A stretch of 39,435 bases of DNA, taken from assembly GCA_964562735.1 (NCBI GenBank), contig CAZLUK010000092.1, positions 1 through 39,435 of the forward strand, read 5' to 3'. This DNA comes from an uncultured Candidatus Peribacteria bacterium. Lineage in GTDB: Bacteria > Patescibacteriota > Gracilibacteria > Peribacterales > Peribacteraceae. The notes below the pieces were generated by a model. It saw nothing but the letters and a program-made list of their open reading frames with translations. It searched no databases and was not told the DNA's origin. The translations under genes and the position numbers were made by a program. This document shows positions 25,359-33,611 of this stretch, piece after piece (positions within the stretch are counted from its first letter, which is position 1; each line of letters starts with the position of its first letter).

Positions 25359-25535
25359 AATTTCATACCAAATTGCAATAAAAAGGCTATGAATATCGGC
25401 GAAGCATTTGGCTTGTCTCTGTATAAATTTCGAACAAATCTCATGAAGATTAGTAACGATTCAAATGCGAAGTCGTATCAATAGAACAAAAACCGGCTAC
25501 TTTCTATTCGCTTTCCACTTTCCACTTTCCGCTCG
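25334..25535. repeat. purine-rich inverted repeat pair bracketing the recJ/XRE convergent spacer
   Basis: CGAGCGGAAAGCGGAAAGCGGG (25334..25355, the last codons of recJ) pairs with CGCTTTCCACTTTCCACTTTCCGCTCG (25509..25535, ending 1 nt before the XRE stop). These arms enclose about 150 nt of AT-rich non-coding DNA. Confidence 0.6.
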
Positions 25536-25536
25536 T

Positions 25537-25758
25537 TCAGACCGGCACCAATCCACCTTCCATCTGGAAGACTTCGGTCACCGGGGTTTGGAGAGCCATG
25601 GCGATTTTGTACGCCAGCAGCACCGACGGATTTGTAGCGCCGCGCTCAATCGACATGATCGTTTGCCGGCTTACGCTGACGCGGAGCGCCAGTTCTTCTT
25701 GTGTCATGCCGCGCTCAAAACGGAGGCGACGGATGTTGTTATGAAGAATGGCGGGCAT
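25537..25758 (-). CDS. XRE-family helix-turn-helix transcriptional regulator
   Basis: [56 protein letters not shown] is a classic Cro/C1 HTH. Start set at an internal Met; the ORF runs to 25809. Confidence 0.85.
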   Translation of the reverse strand: MPAILHNNIRRLRFERGMTQEELALRVSVSRQTIMSIERGATNPSVLLAYKIAMALQTPVTEVFQMEGGLVPV

Positions 25759-25860
25759 GGGCGAAGAGTGAGAAAAGAAAGTCACGTACCGATAAATTCT
25801 CGGTAGCAAGTGCGGAGCCGATTGTACCTATCCGTTTGAACCTCGCAAGTCTTCAAGTTT

Positions 25861-25878
25861 TGCCGATTTAAATCGGCA
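25861..25878. promoter_or_regulatory. perfect 18-bp palindrome TGCCGATTTAAATCGGCA upstream of the XRE gene (possible operator)
   Basis: Perfect dyad symmetry, seen directly. Located about 100 nt upstream of the XRE start, in the spacer before the repeat-rich region. Confidence 0.3.
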
Positions 25879-25931
25879 GTTCATGAGACAAGAGCATTAG
25901 TGCGGGATAAAATGAAGACCGTTTTTTCCCC

Positions 25932-26265
25932 GCAGACGGGACGCGGCGTCCCGGGGGATAGGTATAAGTTTCCTCGTTCTCAAATTCATCACTAAAAACA
26001 TGGCACTTTCTCGGTAATTCGATTAGGAACCTCTGCGAAACTCCTTTGACCCGCAGCCGCGATTCCCGCCTTCGCCTCTGGGCTTCGGTAGGCAGGCGCA
26101 AATCGTGGTTCGGAGCCACTGGCCAGCGGTTTGCGAACCGCTGCTGCGAAATGAAGCGGTCTCCGAACCGCTGCTGCGGAATAAGGGGGATTTTTCAGGG
26201 ATTCCATTAGTTTGATTTTTTACAGGAATATCGGTTACTTTTGCGGGACGCGGCGTCCCGTCTGC
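25932..26265. mobile_element. MITE-like repeat, family 2 (copy carrying a nested family-1 element)
   Basis: 22-nt terminal inverted repeats GCAGACGGGACGCGGCGTCCCG (25932..25953) and CGGGACGCGGCGTCCCGTCTGC (26244..26265). The internal sequence is collinear with the copy at 34972..35163, apart from the insertion at 26022..26208. Confidence 0.55.
26022..26208. mobile_element. MITE-like repeat, family 1 (long copy, inverted relative to 11817..11942)
   Basis: The reverse complement of the 11817..11942 element aligns end to end. It carries two extra blocks: a 32-nt insertion (26066..26097) and a duplication of about 30 nt of the GCGGT..ACCGCTGCTGCG hairpin. Confidence 0.6.
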
Positions 26266-26332
26266 AGGAATTATTGAAATTGTGTATCCTCCGCAGTTTT
26301 GCTGTTGATCCCAGTTCATATCATTCAGGTTT

Positions 26333-28573
26333 TCAGAGCAGCGGCTCTTCGAAATTTTCCGCGTCATCAATCTCATCTTTCTCCGGGGGCTTAGATGCCG
26401 CCTCATCCCACAGTTTCAGGAGCGTTTCGACCTCGGATTTCGGGGCGCAGTACTGTGATCTGGACCATTCGATGATCTCCTGCGTATGATCGTCCGTCGA
26501 CTGAGGTGCTTCCAATGTGAAGCCCGAGAAGGCTTCCCGCAGCTGTCCGTTGACTGACATTTTCGTATAAAACTCGCGCACACCTAGATTGATGATGTCG
26601 CGTTCCTTGAAAATGGGACTGTATTCGCCCGCCAGGATGACTGCGTCTTCCGCCCCGACGCGGAAGCTAACCATGGAACCCACGTTGCCAAAGACGGTCT
26701 TGCGGACCGTGTCGCTTAGTTGTCCCATGTACTGATGCGCGATTGTCAGGTTCAGGCGATATTTACGGGCTTCGGACAGGATTTCGGCGAATGTGTCGGT
26801 CGCGAAGTTCTGGAACTCATCGACGTACAGATAGAAGTCCGTGCGCTGGTCCTCCGGAACGTCGGCCCGGCTCATGGCGGCCTGGTATAACTTAGTAATA
26901 AACATTGCGCCGATCAGTGACGAGTTCTCTTCCCCCAGCAGCCCTTTGCTCACTTTCATGAGCAGGATTTTCTTGTTGTCCATGATGTCTCGGATATCAA
27001 ACTTAGTCACCGGCTGACCGACCATGTTGCGGATCATGTTGGTAGCCACAAATTGCCCGACTTTATTGAGCAGCGGCGTGATGGCATCGGCATCGAATTT
27101 TTCGCTCCAGGCGGCAAATTCCGAAACCCAGAAGCTTTTGACAACTGAGTCCTGGATTCGGGAAACAATCTTCTGACGGTAATTTTTGTCTGTCAGCATC
27201 TTAAGGATCGAGAGCACGGTCGTATTCGGACTGTCTAGAAGCGCTAGTACGGTGTACCTAAGCACGTGCTCCAATCGGTCGCTCCAGTTATTTCCGAACA
27301 GCTTCTTAAATATCTGCAGGAAACCGATCGTCACCTGCATCTTCTGGGCCTCATCCACTTTCTCGAGCGGATTGAACGCGATCGGGAAATCAACGTCGCC
27401 TGGATCCAGGAGTACAACGTCTTTGATTCGGTGCACGGGTATATAGCGCATGATGTTATCAATCAGGTCGCCGTGCGGATCAATCACCGCGATGCCTTCG
27501 CCTTTTTGCAAATCTTCGTTGATGAGTAATTCAAGCAGTTTGCTCTTGCCCGATCCGGACTTTCCAACTGTATAGAGGTGGCGCCGCCGGTCCGCACGGA
27601 GGATACCGAACGGGACGAAGTTATTGTGGTAGTTCGTGATGCCGAACGCACTGACGTCTGGTTCACTCTGTTTCGGCAGATCCTGCGGCGGATCAGACTT
27701 GCGGGCCAGCACGTGCACGATGTGCGGCACTTCATCGGCATTGGGCAGATGGTACAGGGTCGCTACTTCCTTGGCGCTCAATATGAATGGTGTCGTGTGC
27801 GTGCGAGCCCGGTATTGATCGACAAATTTCTGCATCGAGCCATGATAAATGTGCGAGTGGAACTCGTTGATATCTTTATCATTAAATTGAGAAAAGCTGC
27901 TCGCGAGTGCGGTCAATTTTCGTTCGGCCGATGCCGGATCAGTGCTGATGTACGCTACTCGGATACTCACCGTGAATGGCTTGATCTCAGCTTTCTCGTG
28001 GGCCAGCTGATGGCGGCGGGGCTGGATACTCTTGCGCCCGCCCGGACGCATGCGGTCGCGGATCGAGAAGAAGTGGATAAAATCGGCGATGTGTATCGCG
28101 ACGCGGCGGCGCAAGTGAAAGAACGCAGTGTCATCCTGCGGCTCGGCGATGATCTGCACCCACGCCTGGTCGCCGGTCGGAATTTTGGAGATCACGGAAA
28201 ACAGCCGTGTGGCACTGTCCTCCTCAAACATGTCGTAGGTTTTGATCGGATAAATATCGGAGTGGTGCAGGCTGATCGTTGCACCCGCGATGTCATCGTG
28301 TTCAGGATCGTAACTGAGTGTGTAGTCCTGAGCCTCTTTGATTTCGGCTTCCGGAAACGTGGCGTAGATCAACCCTTCCACTGTTTCGAGCAGTTGTTCC
28401 TGGACTGCTACAAAGAAGTATGTGTACTGCCCGACCCCATAGAACTCGAGCCCTACCCGCGTGCCCGTGAACGTGTTACGCAAGTTGATCAGCAGTTCAT
28501 GGAACTTGGATTCCGGTTTCTTCTGACCTTCCACGCCCTGCGGAACGATGATGTGGAGATGGCGGAGTTTCAT
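26333..28573 (-). CDS. VirD4/TraG/TraD-like (FtsK-HerA superfamily) P-loop ATPase with a long N-terminal domain of unknown function
   Basis: 746 aa. Walker A TVGKSGSGKSKLLELL, then AVIDPHGDL, and Walker B FYLYVDEFQNFATD, followed by LTIAHQYMGQL. The N-terminal ~300 aa has no recognisable motif. Confidence 0.75.
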   Translation of the reverse strand: MKLRHLHIIVPQGVEGQKKPESKFHELLINLRNTFTGTRVGLEFYGVGQYTYFFVAVQEQLLETVEGLIYATFPEAEIKEAQDYTLSYDPEHDDIAGATISLHHSDIYPIKTYDMFEEDSATRLFSVISKIPTGDQAWVQIIAEPQDDTAFFHLRRRVAIHIADFIHFFSIRDRMRPGGRKSIQPRRHQLAHEKAEIKPFTVSIRVAYISTDPASAERKLTALASSFSQFNDKDINEFHSHIYHGSMQKFVDQYRARTHTTPFILSAKEVATLYHLPNADEVPHIVHVLARKSDPPQDLPKQSEPDVSAFGITNYHNNFVPFGILRADRRRHLYTVGKSGSGKSKLLELLINEDLQKGEGIAVIDPHGDLIDNIMRYIPVHRIKDVVLLDPGDVDFPIAFNPLEKVDEAQKMQVTIGFLQIFKKLFGNNWSDRLEHVLRYTVLALLDSPNTTVLSILKMLTDKNYRQKIVSRIQDSVVKSFWVSEFAAWSEKFDADAITPLLNKVGQFVATNMIRNMVGQPVTKFDIRDIMDNKKILLMKVSKGLLGEENSSLIGAMFITKLYQAAMSRADVPEDQRTDFYLYVDEFQNFATDTFAEILSEARKYRLNLTIAHQYMGQLSDTVRKTVFGNVGSMVSFRVGAEDAVILAGEYSPIFKERDIINLGVREFYTKMSVNGQLREAFSGFTLEAPQSTDDHTQEIIEWSRSQYCAPKSEVETLLKLWDEAASKPPEKDEIDDAENFEEPLL

Positions 28574-28617
28574 TGAGAATATTATATAATATAATCAAAA
28601 AATATCAAATTACTGAT

Positions 28618-28671
28618 AATGCTTTCTAAGACTTTAGAATAGGCTTTTTCGGGAAAAGTGGGTACTGGAAA
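28618..28671. repeat. 54-nt direct repeat, copy 1 (upstream of the ATPase gene)
   Basis: AATGCTTTCTAAGACTTTAGAATAGGCTTTTTCGGGAAAAGTGGGTACTGGAAA. Matches 29703..29756 at about 47 of 54 positions. Confidence 0.75.
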
Positions 28672-28748
28672 TGATTCCTCTGAGGCACTTCGTAGACTGC
28701 CGTATAGTAGGTCTTAGAGTAGATGCGTCACATGTCACACTTGCACAA

Positions 28749-29663
28749 TCAAGACATTTCCTTTTGGTTGAGCAAATAACTTGGGTAGTGCTCAAGAATA
28801 TTTGTAGCACATTGCATATGTGATAAAAATCGATTTGGGTTTCTTTTTTTTCTGAAAAGTCTACTTCGCTCCAGTAAGTCGAATTGGTGGTTCATCAAAC
28901 TTTTAAAACTCGTTTCTACTTCTGCATCACGGACACGTTGTGGCAGCAAATCCAAGCATGTGCTAAGTGCATCATTATACGGACAATATTCTTTGTACCA
29001 TTTCATCCTCTTGCGCTCGTTAAGAGGAGCTTCTCCTTTCTTATCACGTAGAGAACTACGGGCAGTCATTTCAAGACTATTTTCAGTTGCAGGTCGGTTG
29101 TTATCAGCCTCTGCTAGTTTACAACTTTCTTCCAAGGCATTCATTCCATACACAAGTTGAGTGAAACACGATTGCTGTGATCCTACTCGTATGTCCACTG
29201 ATCGTGGTAACTCGGCTGGATACAGGAATCCATCCTTCTGTTGTAGATTTGCAATGGTCTGAAGATACGCTCCGACCTTCTCCACAACGTGAAAATCCAA
29301 ATACGGAAATATAAAAGCCTGGCGCTCTCCTGCTGCGGTCTTGGTAAAATTCGCAAGAGTCGAAGCCTGATCCTTTGTTAGAGGAATGTCTAAACAGTTA
29401 CCCATCTCTTTCTTAAGATCATAGTGGAATTTTTTTACACCATGTTGAATCCTACGGGCAGTTCCATTTTCACCACTCAATATTTGGATTATTTTTCTAA
29501 CGCTGAAAAAACGTATGCCTTCAACATCAAGTTTACAGACATGTTCTACTGCATCCAGTAGATCCTGTACAGTAACGATTCTTTTTGAATGTACCTCTCT
29601 AATACTTTCGCCAGGGATCTGATAAGAGCTCGGAGAGAGACTATAGGGGTTATCTTCATCCAT
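28749..29663 (-). CDS. hypothetical protein encoded on an AT-rich insert
   Basis: 304-aa ORF. Base composition is visibly more AT-rich than the flanking genes. No recognisable domain. Flanked by the 54-nt direct repeats. Confidence 0.6.
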   Translation of the reverse strand: MDEDNPYSLSPSSYQIPGESIREVHSKRIVTVQDLLDAVEHVCKLDVEGIRFFSVRKIIQILSGENGTARRIQHGVKKFHYDLKKEMGNCLDIPLTKDQASTLANFTKTAAGERQAFIFPYLDFHVVEKVGAYLQTIANLQQKDGFLYPAELPRSVDIRVGSQQSCFTQLVYGMNALEESCKLAEADNNRPATENSLEMTARSSLRDKKGEAPLNERKRMKWYKEYCPYNDALSTCLDLLPQRVRDAEVETSFKSLMNHQFDLLERSRLFRKKRNPNRFLSHMQCATNILEHYPSYLLNQKEMS

Positions 29664-29669
29664 ACATTT

Positions 29670-29697
29670 ATTATAATATATGAACAGATTTTGTCAA
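29670..29697 (-). promoter_or_regulatory. near-consensus promoter TTGACA-16-TATAAT, with the -10 ending 6 nt before the ATG at 29663
   Basis: Minus strand: TTGACA (29697..29692), 16-nt spacer, TATAAT (29675..29670), then AAATGT and the ATG. No room for an SD. Confidence 0.45.
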
Positions 29698-29702
29698 TAA
29701 GA

Positions 29703-29756
29703 AATGCTTTCTAGGGCTTCAGGATAGGATTTTTTCGGAAAAGTGGGTACTGGAAA
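29703..29756. repeat. 54-nt direct repeat, copy 2 (upstream of the 304-aa gene)
   Basis: AATGCTTTCTAGGGCTTCAGGATAGGATTTTTTCGGAAAAGTGGGTACTGGAAA. See 28618..28671. Confidence 0.75.
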
Positions 29757-29771
29757 CTAGGCATTGTGGCT

Positions 29772-29870
29772 TCAATACACCGTCTCCAGATAGCACTTCT
29801 CGCCCTTCGATGCGCTGCGCTTACTCAGGGCGAATCGTGCCGACGGAGAAAAAATTGGTGATATAGATGT
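29772..29870 (-). repeat. R3 repeat, copy 1: about 100-nt unit made of a hairpin plus a remnant of a paralog 3' end (..GEKCYLETVY*)
   Basis: Near-identical to 31753..31851 and 35280..35378. The minus strand reads ..GCACGATTCGCCC-22 nt-GGGCGAGAAGTGCTATCTGGAGACGGTGTATTGA. Confidence 0.7.
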
Positions 29871-30056
29871 CTAACAAACAGTCTTCAGATAGCACGATTC
29901 GCCCATCCTTCGCTCCGCTTTTTCTAAACATTGATCCACGGGCGAAGCTTCGGAGGGCTTCGCTTTCGTTGGTGCAGCAGAAATTATCATGACTAGTATA
30001 CAGTTTCAAGATAGCAACGCTCGCAGTATACGATCTCCGGCCGGTCCGGAGCGCTT
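29871..30056 (-). pseudogene. two further orphan 3'-end remnants of the Cys-rich paralog family
   Basis: Minus strand 29903..29871 encodes GESCYLKTVC*. Minus strand 30056..29993 encodes ..ASAPDRPEIVYCERCYLETVY*, directly downstream of the stop of paralog A. No upstream coding body exists for either. Confidence 0.6.
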
Positions 30057-30072
30057 GCCGGCCGTAGCGTCG

Positions 30073-31749
30073 TTAGTAGACAATTGAGAGATAGCATTCT
30101 TCGCAGTACACAATTTCGGGGCGCGAAGGCTGGTACGTCGTTTGGATCGATTTATTGCACTTCAAACATTCTCTCTGCCAGAGCCTGCGCGGATTACGGA
30201 GCATCATCCGTTCTTTCTGCCGGCATTCGGGACAGCATCGAGGAATCGGCAGATGTTGGCGACGATAGAACGAAAGTTCTTGCGGTATGACTCGATAGTT
30301 TTTTCCGCAATTCCTGCATGCCAGCAGCTCTTTTGCAATATCGTCCTTCGTATCGGCGATCCTGTCACTGAGCACGGTTGTCTGTGGTTGATATTCGCGT
30401 ACGTCCTTCTCGCGCCACGTGAATTTTCTCGCTATTGCCTCTTCCCTCCTCAACGGGAAATATTCGGAGGCCAGACTTTCGTTGTACGCAAACGTCGCGA
30501 TTGCGGGAGGGAAAAAGAGCCCCCATTCGCTGGTTTTTTCCATGTGCTTGATGAGCTTGGGCACGAGAGCGTCATACTCTTCTTGCGAGTACTGTTTATT
30601 CAAGATGCAGTGCTTCTTTCGCGTGAGTCCAATACAGCCAAAACAGTCGCTACAGTGATAGCACGTGTCGCAGTACAGCATCCGTTGCGAGTAGAAGATG
30701 TACAGGCAGTACGCAACGTTGTATGCCTCGATGGTCCCGAGTGTGTCGTAACAGAGCTCGGGCTTCAGGTACATATTTGAGCAGTCGTAATTGTCTTTCA
30801 CGTTCACGCCGACCGTAACCCATCGGCAGTCTTGGCTCTCGTTGACGTCGTAACAGTCTAAACAGTTCTGAGAATTTTCGATGTAATCGCCAGTGCAGTT
30901 TTCAGAGTTCACGATGTTTGAGTACTTGTGAAGTTTCTTCAGGTTAAGATCCTTCAGGTGTTTCTTTCCGGCTTCCAGCGCGGCGTGTGACCCAAGAAGT
31001 TCCGTGACGCGCTTCGCATACTCTTCTTTCGTCAGTTGTTCGTTGAAGATGCAGTATTTCTTCCTCGAAAGATTAGTGCAGAGACAGCAGTTGGCGCAGG
31101 ACTGTAAGTTCGACGATAGCAAGCAGTCCTGGCAGTTCTGGCTGAAGGACAGAAACATGCAGTTATAGGAACCGTACACACTGAAGCACTCGTAGCAGAG
31201 CTCCGAGTCGTAGAGATAGCAGCAATCCATGGAATTCTTGCACTTCTGGAAGAGCTTTCCGTAGTAGCAATCTTCGGCGTACTCGGACGAGTTGATGAGG
31301 TAACAGTTTTTGCAGTAGCCGGTGCCGGTCGTGAAGTCCGAATTCTCATTGGCGACCGTGACCATGGCAACTCGCGGCACTTTTTTCTGAAGCATCGCAT
31401 ATTGTTCGAAGAAGCTACGTGCAAAGTCGATGTCCTGTCCGTACTGCAATGGATCGAAGGCATCGCTTCGCCATTCTTCCTGCGAGTATACCGAGTACGG
31501 CTCGCCCCATGGCGCGTCATCGTGATATAGAGCGACGATGTCCTTTCCCGATTTCGTCGATTTCCTGCGGTACATGCATTGTTCGTTGCGGTGGCAGGCG
31601 CGGATTTGCAGGCGGCAGTCCGGACAGTACACCGGACGCGGCGGGTGAAACGTCGCTATGCCGAACGTGAAACCTATTTTTTCAAGAAATGCCTCTTCAT
31701 CCGGATGGATGATGAAACCCTGATTGCAGCGTTTGCAGGAAGACTCCAT
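30073..31749 (-). CDS. cysteine-ladder / zinc-ribbon protein, paralog A
   Basis: 558 aa. N-terminal CKRC..CPDCRLQIR..RNEQCMYRRK. Two Cys-ladder halves, each ending ..KKYCIFNEQLTKEEY or ..KKHCILNKQYSQEEY. C-terminal FYRRQHLPIPRCCPECRQKERMMLRNPRRLWQRECLKC-x17-CEECYLSIVY. Confidence 0.8.
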   Translation of the reverse strand: MESSCKRCNQGFIIHPDEEAFLEKIGFTFGIATFHPPRPVYCPDCRLQIRACHRNEQCMYRRKSTKSGKDIVALYHDDAPWGEPYSVYSQEEWRSDAFDPLQYGQDIDFARSFFEQYAMLQKKVPRVAMVTVANENSDFTTGTGYCKNCYLINSSEYAEDCYYGKLFQKCKNSMDCCYLYDSELCYECFSVYGSYNCMFLSFSQNCQDCLLSSNLQSCANCCLCTNLSRKKYCIFNEQLTKEEYAKRVTELLGSHAALEAGKKHLKDLNLKKLHKYSNIVNSENCTGDYIENSQNCLDCYDVNESQDCRWVTVGVNVKDNYDCSNMYLKPELCYDTLGTIEAYNVAYCLYIFYSQRMLYCDTCYHCSDCFGCIGLTRKKHCILNKQYSQEEYDALVPKLIKHMEKTSEWGLFFPPAIATFAYNESLASEYFPLRREEAIARKFTWREKDVREYQPQTTVLSDRIADTKDDIAKELLACRNCGKNYRVIPQELSFYRRQHLPIPRCCPECRQKERMMLRNPRRLWQRECLKCNKSIQTTYQPSRPEIVYCEECYLSIVY

Positions 31750-31752
31750 AGG

Positions 31753-31851
31753 TTAGTACACTGCCTCCAGATAGCACTTCTCGCCCTTCGATGCGCTGCG
31801 CTTACTCAGGGCGAATCGTGCCGACGGAGAAAAAATTGGTGACATAGATGC
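31753..31851 (-). repeat. R3 repeat, copy 2 (fills the whole spacer between paralogs B and A)
   Basis: Hairpin arms GCACTTCTCGCCC (31774..31786) and GGGCGAATCGTGC (31809..31821) with a 22-nt loop. The remnant ..GEKCYLEAVY* ends 3 nt before the ATG of paralog A. Confidence 0.75.
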
Positions 31852-33564
31852 CTAATATATACTCTTCAGGTAGCACGATTCGCAATACACAATCTCCGGA
31901 CGTTCCGGAGCATAACTCGTTTGGATCTCTCGCTGACAGTTTTGACAAGTGCGTGTCCAGAGTCTGTAGGGAGTCCGCAGAGCCATGCGCCGCCGATGAC
32001 GCTCTTCTGGGTGCAATCGGGGGAGCGCAAGATGTTCGCGGCGATAGAAATCGAGTTCCTGTTTAATGATACGAAATGGCTTACCCGTCACTTCACAGAT
32101 GATCGCATAATCTAGTACGTCATCCTGCACCGCATCGATGATGGCGGGCAGATCGCTGCCCCGGATAGTTTTTGCAACCGTGGGAGGATCACCGGTCGTG
32201 GCTTTCCATTGCCAGCCCTTGGCGAGCACTTCTTCTTTGGTAAGCGGGAAGTGATCCTGAGCGAGCGTTTCGTTGTAGGCGAAAGGACTCATGGATACCG
32301 GAAAGAATTCACCCCACTCCTGCCCCGCGAAGCTGCCGTCAGGCAAGCGAAGTGGGGTCTTCTCCATGTGCTGGATGATCTTCGGCACGAGCTCGTTGTA
32401 TTCCTCCTCCGTGTACTGTTTGTTGAGAATACAATAGTGTTTGCTGGTGAGGCCGATGCACCCGAAACACTGCGTGCAGGAGCGAATGTTTTCACTGTAG
32501 TACACTTGTTCGCAAGTTGATGCGAAACTGTCGAACGCACAGCGTTGCGTAGTGCTGCCTGCTCCATGCATCTCATAGAGGATTTCCGCATTTTTCCCTG
32601 CGGAGCTGCAATCCATCATGTCTTTGCTTTTCCACCCGCACATTTGGCAGTGCCGACAATCTTCCGCGCCAAGTTGCACGAAGTAACAATCGATGCAATT
32701 TCGCGCTTGTTCGATGTAATTCCCCGAACAGTGTTCCGACTGGGTGATGCGTGCGCAGAGCGTGGGGAGTGTCACTTTCCAACGATCAAAAAATATTTTC
32801 TCTGTCGCAAACCTGCCATCAAACAATGCTTGACGCTTTGCTTCGAATTCCTCGCGGGAGACGGGTTTGTTATAGATGTGATATTCCTTCTCGCGTAAAT
32901 TCTTACAGCCGATGCAGTTGTGGCAATTACGACAGTCATCGAGGAGGATCGAATCCTGGCAGTTGCTGCAATCGTGACAGGAGAAACAGTGGTAGCAGTT
33001 GTTGCAGCCGACGCATTCGTACAACAGTTCTCCCTGCACGCAGCAAAGACAATCCATACAATTCTTGCCCATCATCCACGAGCTGTAGTAGACGTCTTGG
33101 CAGAGAAAACACGAGAATGCGAGGTAGCAGTTTTTGTTGTTCATGCCGAACGCGGTATAATCACTGTTTTCAGCGAGTCCATCTTGGTGCATGCCTCTGC
33201 GAGGTACTTTTTGCATCAGCGCTGCAAATTGGTCGAAGAATGTCTTCGTGAAATCCATATCGATCCCGTACTGCATCGGATCCCATGCATCGCTCGCCCA
33301 CGCAGATTCGGAGTAAACTACAAAGGGCTTGTCCTCAGAATATAAAGAGACCATCGGCTTGCCAGTCAGCGCACAGGTACGGCGGTAGAGATTTCGCTCG
33401 TTACGTAGTCCAAACCGTCGCTGGCATCGACAGGACGGACAGTGGGTTGGTGGAGGCAAAGGAAAACTTTTTCCATTGATGACCGGAGCAAGTTTATCCA
33501 ACAATTGGAGATCGTCTTCCATGAGCGTAAAGGCCAAGCTGCAACTAACGCAATGCTTCTGCAT
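31852..33564 (-). CDS. cysteine-ladder / zinc-ribbon protein, paralog B
   Basis: Same architecture as A. Start set at MQKHCVSCS (33564) by analogy with the A, C and D N-termini; the ORF extends to 33621, where it would overlap the divergent MFS gene. The C-terminus is ..LPRLHPEERHRRRMALRTPYRLWTRTCQNC-x17-CESCYLKSIY. Confidence 0.8.
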   Translation of the reverse strand: MQKHCVSCSLAFTLMEDDLQLLDKLAPVINGKSFPLPPPTHCPSCRCQRRFGLRNERNLYRRTCALTGKPMVSLYSEDKPFVVYSESAWASDAWDPMQYGIDMDFTKTFFDQFAALMQKVPRRGMHQDGLAENSDYTAFGMNNKNCYLAFSCFLCQDVYYSSWMMGKNCMDCLCCVQGELLYECVGCNNCYHCFSCHDCSNCQDSILLDDCRNCHNCIGCKNLREKEYHIYNKPVSREEFEAKRQALFDGRFATEKIFFDRWKVTLPTLCARITQSEHCSGNYIEQARNCIDCYFVQLGAEDCRHCQMCGWKSKDMMDCSSAGKNAEILYEMHGAGSTTQRCAFDSFASTCEQVYYSENIRSCTQCFGCIGLTSKHYCILNKQYTEEEYNELVPKIIQHMEKTPLRLPDGSFAGQEWGEFFPVSMSPFAYNETLAQDHFPLTKEEVLAKGWQWKATTGDPPTVAKTIRGSDLPAIIDAVQDDVLDYAIICEVTGKPFRIIKQELDFYRREHLALPRLHPEERHRRRMALRTPYRLWTRTCQNCQREIQTSYAPERPEIVYCESCYLKSIY

Positions 33565-33611
33565 GAGGATATATTCTATCCCCATTTCCGGATCGAAGGT
33601 ACTATTATCGC

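Noticed and set aside
27578-28576. Long antisense ORFs inside confident genes (e.g. 27578..28576 in the ATPase gene, 15024..15578, 8428..9105, 13986..14636, 24404..24988, 20595..21110, 30142..30780)
   Set aside because: Each lies opposite a gene with clear family motifs, has a low-complexity Arg/Ser/Pro-rich translation and no motifs. These are typical shadow ORFs.
31753-31845. A 30-codon ORF (MSPIFSPSARFALSKRSASKGEKCYLEAVY*) within the R3 unit
   Set aside because: Its ATG is present in copies 2 and 3 but is ATA in copy 1 (29772..29870). The C-terminal part is just the paralog remnant. There is no evidence for an independent small protein.
29772-31851. R3 units as integron attC sites (co-oriented genes each followed by an imperfect inverted repeat)
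   Set aside because: No integron integrase, attI or Pc-like context is in the window. The units are derived from the coding 3' end of one gene family rather than being independent attC sites, and the cassettes are paralogs. The analogy is kept only as a mechanistic comparison in the findings.
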